Origin: a virus
Taxonomy: Duplodnaviria > Caudoviricetes
Reading direction: 5' to 3' (one strand)
DNA length: 39,324 bases
IMG/VR virus record: IMGVR_UViG_3300037784_000178
Location: 1 to 39,324 of that record
The number at the start of each line of letters is the position of its first letter. Position 1 is the first letter of the stretch. The notes beneath the pieces are model-generated. The model was not told where the DNA came from. It worked only from the letters and a program-made list of their open reading frames with translations, and did not search any database. The translations under genes were made by a program, and so were the position numbers. This document shows positions 1-7,807 of this stretch, in pieces.

Positions 1-591
1 TCAAGGTTCCTGCGGCGCGCCAACCACCATGGGGGCAGGTTTGGTTTGGGCGATCGCAAGTTCGATGTCTTCGTCTATGAATGCGCCTACCTCGCCACCC
101 TTCGGGAACGTCGCGCTTGTCCCGGTCATGAAGAACCCTGCGATGGGCACCAGTGCGATTGCGCCGACCACGCCGGCTGTCCCGGTGACACCCTTGTCAT
201 CGAAAGCCCCCGTGAGCCGGACTTGTCGGCCGTTGACGCGAAGGTAGAGCAGCCGTGCGTTGAGCTTGCCGGATTTCCCCCACATCCCCTTGTTGCGCAC
301 CTCGGTAATCTCGCCCCAGGCAGGCGTGCCGGAGGGAATGACAACGACCCCGTTCACCTCAACCGGTGCGGCGACCTCGAGCTGGAAGCGCTGGCCGACC
401 CGCGCCGCCTTCTTCTTGGTGGTGATTTCCTCCATCAGCCGAAGCTGTACCGGCGTTCCTGCCCTGAGAACCGCGTTGACGGTAGGCGTTGCGGCGATGG
501 GCGTAGGCTCAGGCGCTGGTGATGCCTCCTGAGCAGCAGCCGTCGAAGTGATGAGCAATCCGGCGGCGAGCGCCAAAAGCGACCGGTCCAT
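1..591 (-). CDS. Exported hypothetical protein (signal peptide, beta-rich domain)
   Basis: N-terminal signal peptide MDRSLLALAAGLLITSTAAAQ, Pro-rich linker, SD GAAGGGGG upstream. Confidence 0.75.
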   Translation of the reverse strand: MDRSLLALAAGLLITSTAAAQEASPAPEPTPIAATPTVNAVLRAGTPVQLRLMEEITTKKKAARVGQRFQLEVAAPVEVNGVVVIPSGTPAWGEITEVRNKGMWGKSGKLNARLLYLRVNGRQVRLTGAFDDKGVTGTAGVVGAIALVPIAGFFMTGTSATFPKGGEVGAFIDEDIELAIAQTKPAPMVVGAPQEP

Positions 592-648
592 AAGTGTGTT
601 CCCCCTTCATCGAGCCGACTCGGCCCAAGTGCGATGATCTCCCTCATT

Positions 649-1176
649 CTATGGGAGAAGTCCATTCGAGTTGATCGTCGTCGATCTGATCTCAGGCCGT
701 GGCCCCGCGAATTCCGCGAGACAGTCGGTCATGGTCCGAAGGCCATGCGGCGTGAGCGACAGGAGGCGACGCCGCTGATCGTCCGGATCGTCTTCGGACA
801 TAAGCAGTCCATGAAATTCAAGCACATTCAGCCAGCGCAACGCTGTCGATGCCGGAACGCCGGACCCGACACATGCGCTTTTCACACTGACCTTTTCGCC
901 CTCGCCTTGCCTGATGAAGACGTCGAGCAGGATGTCCCAAGCGGCTTCGCCGAACAGGTCCAGCCCTCCGAAGTGGCGGCAGCGGGCGCGGCGTGCCTCG
1001 TAGATCGCTTTTGCCATTACGATCATGCCGTGATCGGTGGGCGCGGTGTTGCCAGCTGAGAGCCCTCTGTCACGGCTCGCCTCGTCAAGCAGCAGCTCTT
1101 GAAGCGTCATGCCTCCCAGCCCGAACTTTTCTATCAGCGTCCTGAGCGTTTCCCGCGGCACCTTTGCCCCCGACAA
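649..1176 (-). CDS. MarR-like winged-helix transcriptional regulator (start may be ATG at 1110)
   Basis: LFGEAAWDILLDVF..VSVKSAC..VPASTALRWL..L...DPDDQRRRLLSLT, a pattern typical of sphingomonad MarR-like proteins. Confidence 0.8.
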   Translation of the reverse strand: MSGAKVPRETLRTLIEKFGLGGMTLQELLLDEASRDRGLSAGNTAPTDHGMIVMAKAIYEARRARCRHFGGLDLFGEAAWDILLDVFIRQGEGEKVSVKSACVGSGVPASTALRWLNVLEFHGLLMSEDDPDDQRRRLLSLTPHGLRTMTDCLAEFAGPRPEIRSTTINSNGLLP

Positions 1177-1252
1177 TGGCAGTTGTCCGCGCCGGCTAAC
1201 TTGGATTATATTTTTGTGACACTTGAGAAATTCTGAAGGTACCTTAAGCGCC

Positions 1253-2815
1253 TTACGCCCGGCGCCGCTCGGCCAGGGCCAGCACTTCGTCGATGTGGCG
1301 GATCACCTCAAGGTCAACGCCGCGTTTGCCCGCTGAGGGCGTCACCACGATCCGGGCGATCAGCTTGCGCAGTCGCGGGGCGGCTTCCTTGCGGGTTTCC
1401 TCGTCGGCGAGTTCTTCGTGCAGCTGCTCGATCGCTTTGCGGTACTGCTGGGCAAGGCCGGGGTGCAGCGCGATCGCGGGGATCGCGTCGAGGCCTGCCA
1501 GCTGGCGGCGCGCCTCGGCAGCATCGGCCTTCGCGGAAGCCATCGCGCCGCGCAGCTCGGCGAACTCGTTTCCGCCCTCGGCGATCGCGGCGACCAGGTT
1601 GGCGAGCTTGCGCTCGGCCTCGGCGACGCGCCGCTCGAGCCGGGCGCGTTCCTTCACCGCCTCGCGGGCGCGGCGGGTGTGCTCTTCCCGGTACTCCTCG
1701 AGATAGGCCTCGACCACGTCGGGCGCGAGCATCTGGTCCCGCAACTCGGCGAGCACCCGCTGTTCGTATTCGTCCTTCCGGATCAGCCGCCGGTTGGTGC
1801 AGGCGTTCCCATCGATCACGCTGCTGCAGCCGAAGTAGCTGTCGCGGGTGATGATCCAGCTGCCGCCGCAGACACCGCACTGGCCGAGGCGCGAGAGCAG
1901 GTGGCGTGGGCGGCGCTGGCGTTCCGGGCGGCCGGTGCTGCGCTGTTCGAGCTGGTCCTGCACCTGCTGCCAGAGCGCGTCATCGATGATCCGCAGGTGC
2001 GGGGCTTCTCCGGTGGCGATCTCGCCGCTGCTCGCCCGGGTGCCGCGCTTGCGGGTGCGCGGGTCGGTGACCGTCTCGGTGCGGCCGTAGAGCAGCTTGC
2101 CGATGTAGATCGGGTTCGAGAGGATCCCGAGTGCTTCCCTGCGGTGACCGGCGATGGTCGATGCGCGCCAGATCCCGCCGCGCGGGGCCGGGATGCCCTC
2201 GGCGTTGAGCTCGCCCGCGATCTGGCGGGCGCTGCGGCCTTCGGCGTAGTCGCGGAAGATGCGTTGCACGATCGCCGCCTTGTCCGGATCGACCTCGCGC
2301 AGGCCGCGCACCGGCTCGCCCCGTTCGTCCAGCCTGGTGACCCGGCGATAGCCGAAGGCTACGCCCGAGGGTGAGCGCCCTTGCGCGATCACGCCCTTGT
2401 GCCCGCGGCGGACGCGCTGGGCGAGATCCTTGCGGGTTCGGGCGTCGAACAGGCTCTTGATGGTGCCGGTGATATCGTCGACCACCCCGTCCATCAGGGT
2501 GAAGAGGCGCGCGCCGGCGTGCTCGATCAGCTCGCGCACCGCGAAGGCATCGCCCTGATGGCGGGCGATGCGATCGGTGCTTTCGGTGAGGACCTGATCG
2601 ATCCCGCCGCGCTCGAGCCGATCGAGCAGGGCGGCGAGGCCGGGGCGCTGGCTTTCGTCAATACCGGCGGCGCCGCTGATGGCGCGATCGTGAAATTCGC
2701 CGACGATGGTCCAGCCTTCGGCCTCGGCGCGGGCGCGGCAGGCGGCGAGCTGGTCCTCGATCGAGCGGGGGTTCTGCAGCTGCGAACTATACCGGGCGTA
2801 GATCAGCGTCCGCAT
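1253..2815 (-). CDS. Large serine recombinase (integrase)
   Basis: YARYSS catalytic Ser motif, DRIAR, recombinase domain (NPIYIG), zinc ribbon CGVCGG...C...C, coiled coil. ATG at 2815 with SD AAGGA. Confidence 0.95.
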   Translation of the reverse strand: MRTLIYARYSSQLQNPRSIEDQLAACRARAEAEGWTIVGEFHDRAISGAAGIDESQRPGLAALLDRLERGGIDQVLTESTDRIARHQGDAFAVRELIEHAGARLFTLMDGVVDDITGTIKSLFDARTRKDLAQRVRRGHKGVIAQGRSPSGVAFGYRRVTRLDERGEPVRGLREVDPDKAAIVQRIFRDYAEGRSARQIAGELNAEGIPAPRGGIWRASTIAGHRREALGILSNPIYIGKLLYGRTETVTDPRTRKRGTRASSGEIATGEAPHLRIIDDALWQQVQDQLEQRSTGRPERQRRPRHLLSRLGQCGVCGGSWIITRDSYFGCSSVIDGNACTNRRLIRKDEYEQRVLAELRDQMLAPDVVEAYLEEYREEHTRRAREAVKERARLERRVAEAERKLANLVAAIAEGGNEFAELRGAMASAKADAAEARRQLAGLDAIPAIALHPGLAQQYRKAIEQLHEELADEETRKEAAPRLRKLIARIVVTPSAGKRGVDLEVIRHIDEVLALAERRRA

Positions 2816-2927
2816 GGTGCGATTCCTTTCGGGCCGCGGCAATGTCGCGCCTCGCATGCGCCCGCGCAAGGGCCCGCGCTATCTCGAGCACGAGCGGATC
2901 CGAGGGAGGGCGCGGGGCGGGTTTCAA
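2787..2927 (-). CDS. Small basic helical protein overlapping the integrase start (46 aa)
   Basis: TTG start overlaps the upstream TGA (TTGA). Sequence LKPAPRPPSDPLVLEIARALARAHARRDIAAARKESHHADADLRPV. Confidence 0.6.
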   Translation of the reverse strand: MKPAPRPPSDPLVLEIARALARAHARRDIAAARKESHHADADLRPV

Positions 2928-3208
2928 CTGACAGGCCCCCGATACTGATCGGCGGGCCGTTTCCAGCGGACCTCGCGTTGCGGCCAGTGGCCATGTGTCT
3001 GGCACGGCATGCTGCCAGGGTAGCGAAAACCCCAAGGGCCATAATCGCGGCACATACCGGCGACGCGGCCATCCTCTTTGATCTCGAAAGCGGTGCCGAC
3101 CTGCCAGCTGTTGTCCTGCCAGAACCACGCGCGCTTGCCTTTCTCGCCGAAGTCCTGCGGCGGCTGATCGCGCTCGGCGGGTTCGATGAGGTCGGGCTGG
3201 GCGTGCAT
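2924..3208 (-). CDS. Hypothetical phage protein
   Basis: TGATG stop/start coupling with the upstream ORF; Trp-rich sequence. Confidence 0.65.
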   Translation of the reverse strand: MHAQPDLIEPAERDQPPQDFGEKGKRAWFWQDNSWQVGTAFEIKEDGRVAGMCRDYGPWGFRYPGSMPCQTHGHWPQREVRWKRPADQYRGPVS

Positions 3209-3459
3209 CAGCGCTCGCCCGCCGCCAGATGCCAACCGATCCGGCTGCGCGCCTGATCTTCGGTGATCTTGGACGGGGCCTCCGAGGCCGTGAGGAAATC
3301 GCGAAAGCCGAACGGGCCGGAGAAGTAACCGGCCTCGCGCGCCGCCTCGAAAGTGGCATAGCGGGCCTTGGCTGCCGTCTCTCCGACAGCAACCTGATCA
3401 TCAAAGCCGGAAACCGGCACCAGCCAGTATTGCTTGCGGTCAGCCATGCCCCGGCTCAC
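3208..3459 (-). CDS. Hypothetical phage protein
   Basis: GTGA coupling; GETAAKARY motif resembles small phage early proteins. Confidence 0.7.
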   Translation of the reverse strand: MSRGMADRKQYWLVPVSGFDDQVAVGETAAKARYATFEAAREAGYFSGPFGFRDFLTASEAPSKITEDQARSRIGWHLAAGER

Positions 3460-3725
3460 TTACCGTACTCCATTGCGGTCAAGGCCTTGGCGACGAGATG
3501 CCAGACGTGGAGCGCCAGGCGGCGGTGGCCGAGCACCTTTCCTTCGCGCACAACATCGCCCCAGCGCATGGCGCGTTCGAGCCTCAGGGCAGAGCGCCCG
3601 CGATAGGTGCGGCACCGATAATCGCCCGACTTCAGATCGCCACCGATGTTGTCGATCATCATGCGGGCAATCTCAGTCTTATTGCCGGTGACAGCGGAGT
3701 GGAGTTCGACCTTGACGACGAGCAT
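3456..3725 (-). CDS. Hypothetical phage protein
   Basis: TAATG coupling; MLVVKVELHSA...GDYRC...VWHLVAKAL. Confidence 0.75.
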   Translation of the reverse strand: MLVVKVELHSAVTGNKTEIARMMIDNIGGDLKSGDYRCRTYRGRSALRLERAMRWGDVVREGKVLGHRRLALHVWHLVAKALTAMEYGK

Positions 3726-4009
3726 TATTCTTCCTCCTCCCCTGCCCCGTCCTGCTGATCGTCCTGCTCGAGCGCGGTGCGGGCGCCCGCGGCCCAGCGG
3801 GTGAGCAGGTGCTCGCCCTTGTCCCAGGCGCAGCTGGCGGTGACCCCGGCGAGGCGCATGGTGTTGGTGTTGCCGTTGATGAACCGCGCGCCCATGCCGA
3901 TCAGGGCATTGCGGGTGCTGTCGGCTCGGGCGGCCCATGCATCGTCGCAGGTGACCTGCTGGATGAGGTCGATCGCGGTGATCAGCTTCTGGCGGCGGGC
4001 GGGGGTCAT
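3725..4009 (-). CDS. Hypothetical phage protein
   Basis: ATGA coupling, acidic C-terminus. Confidence 0.7.
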   Translation of the reverse strand: MTPARRQKLITAIDLIQQVTCDDAWAARADSTRNALIGMGARFINGNTNTMRLAGVTASCAWDKGEHLLTRWAAGARTALEQDDQQDGAGEEEE

Positions 4010-4335
4010 TGGGCCGCAATCTCGAGCATCGATTCAAGCATCCGAACCTCGGCTCTGGCGCGTCCGATCTGCTCTCGGATTTCGGATATCTTGGTCGACA
4101 GGTGCACGGCTTCGCTGTCGTAGCCGTCGTGATATTCTGCGGCCTTCTCGCGGGAGAAAATGCCGGCCGCGTGAATGTCTCGAGTGTAGCCGCACGCGCC
4201 GCCGGTCACGCTGCGGCGATGCCAACAGCCCCACTTCTTCGACCAAATCAACCAGCCATGCGGCTGCGGGCCCATCTTGCGGATGAAACGCCCCCGCCAG
4301 TCGCGCTTGCGATCAAGTGCCCCCGTCTCGCTCAC
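4006..4335 (-). CDS. Hypothetical phage protein
   Basis: GTGA coupling; WLIWS..W..WHR..GYT.DI..AGIF motif and C-terminal coiled coil. Confidence 0.7.
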   Translation of the reverse strand: MSETGALDRKRDWRGRFIRKMGPQPHGWLIWSKKWGCWHRRSVTGGACGYTRDIHAAGIFSREKAAEYHDGYDSEAVHLSTKISEIREQIGRARAEVRMLESMLEIAAQ

Positions 4336-4520
4336 TTCGTCCTCCGCAGCAGCTTGGCGAAGAGGCCCACGAAGATGTCGGCCTCGCGGGCGCGGCGGCG
4401 CTGTTCGCGCCATTCGCGGTTGGTGACGGGCTGGCGGGCGCGCACGAGGGGGATCAGGTAGGCGGCGCGGCCGTTGCGGGTCGCGCGGGCGATCGCCTTG
4501 GGTTTGATGGTCTGCATCAC
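4332..4520 (-). CDS. Small basic hypothetical protein
   Basis: Coupled by overlap on both sides. Confidence 0.6.
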   Translation of the reverse strand: MMQTIKPKAIARATRNGRAAYLIPLVRARQPVTNREWREQRRRAREADIFVGLFAKLLRRTK

Positions 4521-4630
4521 GAAAACCTCGAGATGGCGGCGCCGAGCGCCGGGATGAAAACGAAGCCGGCGGCGAGCACCAGCAAGGCGAGGAAGGCGCT
4601 GCGCCAGAGGGTTTCGGCGCGGGTCAGCAC
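4517..4630 (-). CDS. Small single-TM membrane peptide (37 aa, not in the ORF track)
   Basis: Manual translation MLTRAETLWRSAFLALLVLAAGFVFIPALGAAISRFS; fills the gap with overlaps at both ends. Confidence 0.6.
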   Translation of the reverse strand: MLTRAETLWRSAFLALLVLAAGFVFIPALGAAISRFS

Positions 4631-4956
4631 GGCGTCACCATGAAGGCCCAGACGCCGCCCGCGCCGATCACTGCGCCGACGAGAGCTCCGGAAAGGCCGC
4701 CGAGGATGATGGCGACAAGCGCACTGCGCCGGGTGGCGCCTTCGGCTTGGGTGCGATGGCGGGCGAAGGCTTGGACGCTTTCTGCTTCGTCAAGCCGCCC
4801 CTTGCGCATCTGGTTGCCAACGATGCTCTCGCCGGCGCGAGCAACAAAAACTTGCCAGTATGCCGCCGCTGCTTCGCGGTCCGCCCGCGTGACGCTCGAC
4901 TTAGTGGTCGCGTTCATGCCGGAGAGCGGGCCGATGATGGAGTCGAACAAGCTCAT
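4624..4956 (-). CDS. Hypothetical protein with C-terminal TM helix
   Basis: VTRADREAAA...VQAFARHR motif followed by a Gly-rich hydrophobic segment; ATGA coupling. Confidence 0.7.
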   Translation of the reverse strand: MSLFDSIIGPLSGMNATTKSSVTRADREAAAAYWQVFVARAGESIVGNQMRKGRLDEAESVQAFARHRTQAEGATRRSALVAIILGGLSGALVGAVIGAGGVWAFMVTPC

Positions 4957-5393
4957 GCTGCCACTCCCAACTTCTGGGCCTTGCTCCAGTCGATGGGCGG
5001 CGCGCCGAGGGTGTCGGCGAGAGCGATCAGGTCGCGGGCGCGCTGTTCCAGGCGCAGGTCCTTCGGCCTGGTCTCGAAGGCGAGGATCGCGGCGTCACGC
5101 GCGCGGGCGAGTTCGCCCTTCCATGCGTGTTCGGGCGCGATCTGGTCGCTGCTCGGCAGGAACTTCCGGCGATAGGGGAAGATCGCCTCGACCTCGATCG
5201 CGGCGCAGATATCGGCGGGCAGATCGCGGCCGACGCCTGCCCTCAGCGCGATCGCCAGCCAGAGACGCAGGTTCTCGTTGGCCGGATCGCCGGGCCAGCT
5301 GTCGCCCATCTCGCGCGCCTGCTTGCGGGCATGGGCAAGCCGCCCGTTGAAGTGCTCGAGTGCGATCGCCCTGATGCTCTTGGAGTGGCTCAC
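4953..5393 (-). CDS. Hypothetical phage protein
   Basis: GTG start at 5393 overlaps the upstream TGA. Confidence 0.7.
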   Translation of the reverse strand: MSHSKSIRAIALEHFNGRLAHARKQAREMGDSWPGDPANENLRLWLAIALRAGVGRDLPADICAAIEVEAIFPYRRKFLPSSDQIAPEHAWKGELARARDAAILAFETRPKDLRLEQRARDLIALADTLGAPPIDWSKAQKLGVAA

Positions 5394-5539
5394 TTGCCGC
5401 AAAGCCGGAAAATGTAATCGGCATTGTCAGCGAACCGCTCCGGATCGGTTCGATCCGGCCAGTTATTGGCGGCTGCCTCGGCCTCCCACTTCTTGAGAGC
5501 CTCGGCCAACTCGGTCTTGGTGATTGCTGGAACAGACAT
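5390..5539 (-). CDS. First gene of the leftward early operon (49 aa, not in the ORF track)
   Basis: Strong SD GGAGG. MSVPAITKTELAEALKKWEAEAAANNWPDRTDPERFADNADYIFRLCGK. Confidence 0.75.
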   Translation of the reverse strand: MSVPAITKTELAEALKKWEAEAAANNWPDRTDPERFADNADYIFRLCGK

Positions 5540-5563
5540 GGTTTCCTCCGTTGAGGTCGGAGG

Positions 5564-5615
5564 AAATAACTGGCGGAAATATCCGCTGTCAAGCAGTAAT
5601 GGCGGAAATGTCCGT
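5564..5615 (-). promoter_or_regulatory. PL-like promoter with two operators (OL)
   Basis: Minus strand TTGACA-17bp-TTATTT. Palindromic operators GCGGAAATATCCGC (5573-5586) and GCGGAAATGTCCGT (5602-5615). Confidence 0.8.
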
Positions 5616-5634
5616 CAGGGCCGTGGCGGAGCCT

Positions 5635-6366
5635 TCACAAGAACAGCTCCGCCGGGCGCAATATCCGGTGGAATCGCGCCACTCGGCTGCGCGGAACGGT
5701 AAAGGTTGCGGCAGGATTGAACTGCTCGAGGACCAGCTCCCGCGCGCTTGCGCGGACCAGCTTTTTGACCAGGACACTGGTGACGAAGTCCTCCTCGCCG
5801 TTGTTGAGCTGGACCAGCACATAGTCGCCCGGCCCTGCCGGCCTGGTCGGATCAACGAAGCCAACATCGCCCGGCTCGAAGCGGGGCAACATGCTCTCGC
5901 CGACGAAAAAGATCGCGTAGGCCTCGCGCGCGCCGGCCAGTGCAGGCGGGCGGGCAATCATGCGCACCGTGTGATCGGCATCGAAGCTGCAGCGCTCAAT
6001 TTCCAGCAAGGTTCCGCCCTGATCCTCGAAACTTATCGTCGCGCAATCACCGGTGCCGACAAGCGGAACCGGTGGCAAATCAGGCTGCGGCCCGCGCTGG
6101 GGCATCCGCGCATCGAAGAATTCAACCTCGCTCTTCACGGGATCGGGCGTGCTGACGATACCGGTCAGCCAATCGACACTGACGTCGAGCTCGCGCGCCA
6201 TTTCGGACAGGCGCGAAGCAGCCGGCATACCACCCTTCCCGCTCAGCAGCTGCGAGACATAGGAGTGATTGGCGCCGATCGCGGCACTCAACTTGCGCGC
6301 CGTGATGCGCTTCCGCTCAATCGCCTCGGCGAGGCGCGAGCGCAGGATTTCCGCAGGTTCTGCCAT
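5635..6366 (-). CDS. cI: CI-like repressor (XRE HTH plus S24 autopeptidase)
   Basis: N-terminal HTH (ITARKLSAAIGANHSYVSQLL..VSVDWL); C-terminal GESMLPRF...VKKL Ser/Lys dyad; divergent from the cro-like gene. Confidence 0.9.
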   Translation of the reverse strand: MAEPAEILRSRLAEAIERKRITARKLSAAIGANHSYVSQLLSGKGGMPAASRLSEMARELDVSVDWLTGIVSTPDPVKSEVEFFDARMPQRGPQPDLPPVPLVGTGDCATISFEDQGGTLLEIERCSFDADHTVRMIARPPALAGAREAYAIFFVGESMLPRFEPGDVGFVDPTRPAGPGDYVLVQLNNGEEDFVTSVLVKKLVRASARELVLEQFNPAATFTVPRSRVARFHRILRPAELFL

Positions 6367-6379
6367 ATCCGCAGCAAAG

Positions 6380-6447
6380 CAGGAAAATCCCGTCAGGGGA
6401 ACGAAGGTAATTTCCGCTTGACTGGTGGCGGAGATTTCCGTCATATC
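6380..6447 (+). promoter_or_regulatory. PR-like promoter with three operators (OR)
   Basis: 14-mers at 6380, 6404 and 6428 (24-bp period) matching the OL consensus; TTGACT at 6418-6423 and CATATC at 6442-6447. Confidence 0.8.
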
Positions 6448-6455
6448 CGCCACCG

Positions 6456-6749
6456 ATGGCACAGCAACCCCCTTCCCTGACCGATGCGCTTTGCGCTGTC
6501 GCGGCAATCTGGGCCGAGCGATGCGAGGCTTCGCTCGCCCGCCTCGGCCGCCTGGTAGTGAACGACACGTCGTTTTTCACCCGGTTCGAAAAGCCGGGCG
6601 TGTCGACCACCACCGCCACGCTCGAGAAATTCTCGGCGTTCCTCGCGGATGCCGGCAACTGGCCGGATGGCACGGTGCCGCAAGAGGCGGTCGATCTGGC
6701 TCATCGTGTCGGTGTTACCATTCGGGAGGCGCAGGATCATGTCCTCTAA
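6456..6749 (+). CDS. Cro-like regulator
   Basis: Divergent from cI; LARLGRLVVNDTSFFTRF..TTATLEK..NWPDG pattern of alphaproteobacterial Cro-like proteins. Confidence 0.75.
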   Translation: MAQQPPSLTDALCAVAAIWAERCEASLARLGRLVVNDTSFFTRFEKPGVSTTTATLEKFSAFLADAGNWPDGTVPQEAVDLAHRVGVTIREAQDHVL

Positions 6750-7158
6750 CCTCCTCGCCCAGCAAAAACTGGCCGACCGGCTTGCGATGGTCTTGCGCCG
6801 GTTCGAGCACGAGGGCGGGTCGATCGACCAGCTGGCGAGTGCTGTCGGCGAGACGCCGCGCGACCTGCGCCGCTGGGCCGAAGGCACGAAGTTGCCCGGC
6901 CATGTCTTTTCCGCGCTGCTGGGCGAGCTGCCCCGCCATCTCGCCGACGAGCTGATCCGGCCCACCGGCCTGCGCCTGATCGCACGCGACCATGACGAGG
7001 ACGTCAACGCGCTGCTCGCAGCGGCGAAGGCCAACGATCTCGCGGGCACGATTGCCCGGATGATGGCCGATGGCCGGCTCGACCACCGCGAACGCGCCCA
7101 GCTGGAGCAGCTGGCGAAAGCGACCATCGCCGAATTGCAACCGTTGGCAGGGGAGTGA
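6739..7158 (+). CDS. CII-like regulatory protein
   Basis: Position after cro, N-terminal HTH, C-terminal ADGRLDHRER motif. Confidence 0.65.
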   Translation: MSSNLLAQQKLADRLAMVLRRFEHEGGSIDQLASAVGETPRDLRRWAEGTKLPGHVFSALLGELPRHLADELIRPTGLRLIARDHDEDVNALLAAAKANDLAGTIARMMADGRLDHRERAQLEQLAKATIAELQPLAGE

Positions 7159-7163
7159 CGCCG

Positions 7164-7301
7164 ATGATCGAGGGTTACGACAACCGCATGCTGACTGCCC
7201 CGCGCTTCGTGCGCGAAGGCAATCGGCTTATCCCTGAAAGCGCGCTGGTGCGGGTGAAGCGCGACGAGCCCGAGGCCCCGACGCAAGAGGGCGGCGAGTA
7301 A
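7164..7301 (+). CDS. Small hypothetical protein (45 aa, not in the ORF track)
   Basis: SD GGGGAG upstream; TAATG coupling to the next gene. Confidence 0.5.
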   Translation: MIEGYDNRMLTAPRFVREGNRLIPESALVRVKRDEPEAPTQEGGE

Positions 7302-7807
7302 TGCTCTGCCGGGCGGGCGACATCCTGCGCTTCGCCGAAACCGCGCAGCCGGGATCGCAGGCGACATATGGTCGCGGCGCCAACCCGCCGCGCGAGCTGG
7401 TGCAAGCGATGCGGCAACTCGTCGATGCCGGCGTGCTGCATCCGAAGCGCAAGCGCGAGGGCGGGGAATTCCTGTTCCTGGTCGAGCGCGGATCCGCGCC
7501 GCTCAGCGCGGCCGATCAGCGGCGCGCGGCGCGCGGGTACGCACGACGTCAGAACGTGCGGCGGTCGAGCCTGTCGATGGTGTTCGAATGCCTCAAGTTG
7601 GCGGCTGTCGCCGAGCGCCCCTGCCCGACCAACGAGGAACTGGCGCGCCGCTGCCACCTGAGCGGCAAGGACGCCGCTCGGTACCGCGTCGGCCTGCTGG
7701 TCAAGTCCGGGCGCATCGCTGTCGAGGACTGCGGCCCGAATGCGCCGCGCGTGGTGACGGTCCTGACCGGGCGGCATGCGGGGAAATCAACGAGGAGGAT
7801 TGTGTGA
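7301..7807 (+). CDS. Winged-helix DNA-binding protein
   Basis: C-terminal CPTNEELARRCHLSG..A.YRVGLLVKSGRI resembles a LexA-type wHTH. Confidence 0.65.
   Translation: MLCRAGDILRFAETAQPGSQATYGRGANPPRELVQAMRQLVDAGVLHPKRKREGGEFLFLVERGSAPLSAADQRRAARGYARRQNVRRSSLSMVFECLKLAAVAERPCPTNEELARRCHLSGKDAARYRVGLLVKSGRIAVEDCGPNAPRVVTVLTGRHAGKSTRRIV

Noticed and set aside
3185-3208. QPDLI near the N-terminus of the 2924-3208 ORF as a clamp-binding motif
   Set aside because: Too short and degenerate to support
6367-6507. N-terminal extension of cI in the ORF track
   Set aside because: It runs through the operators and cro; the HTH starts right after ATG 6366
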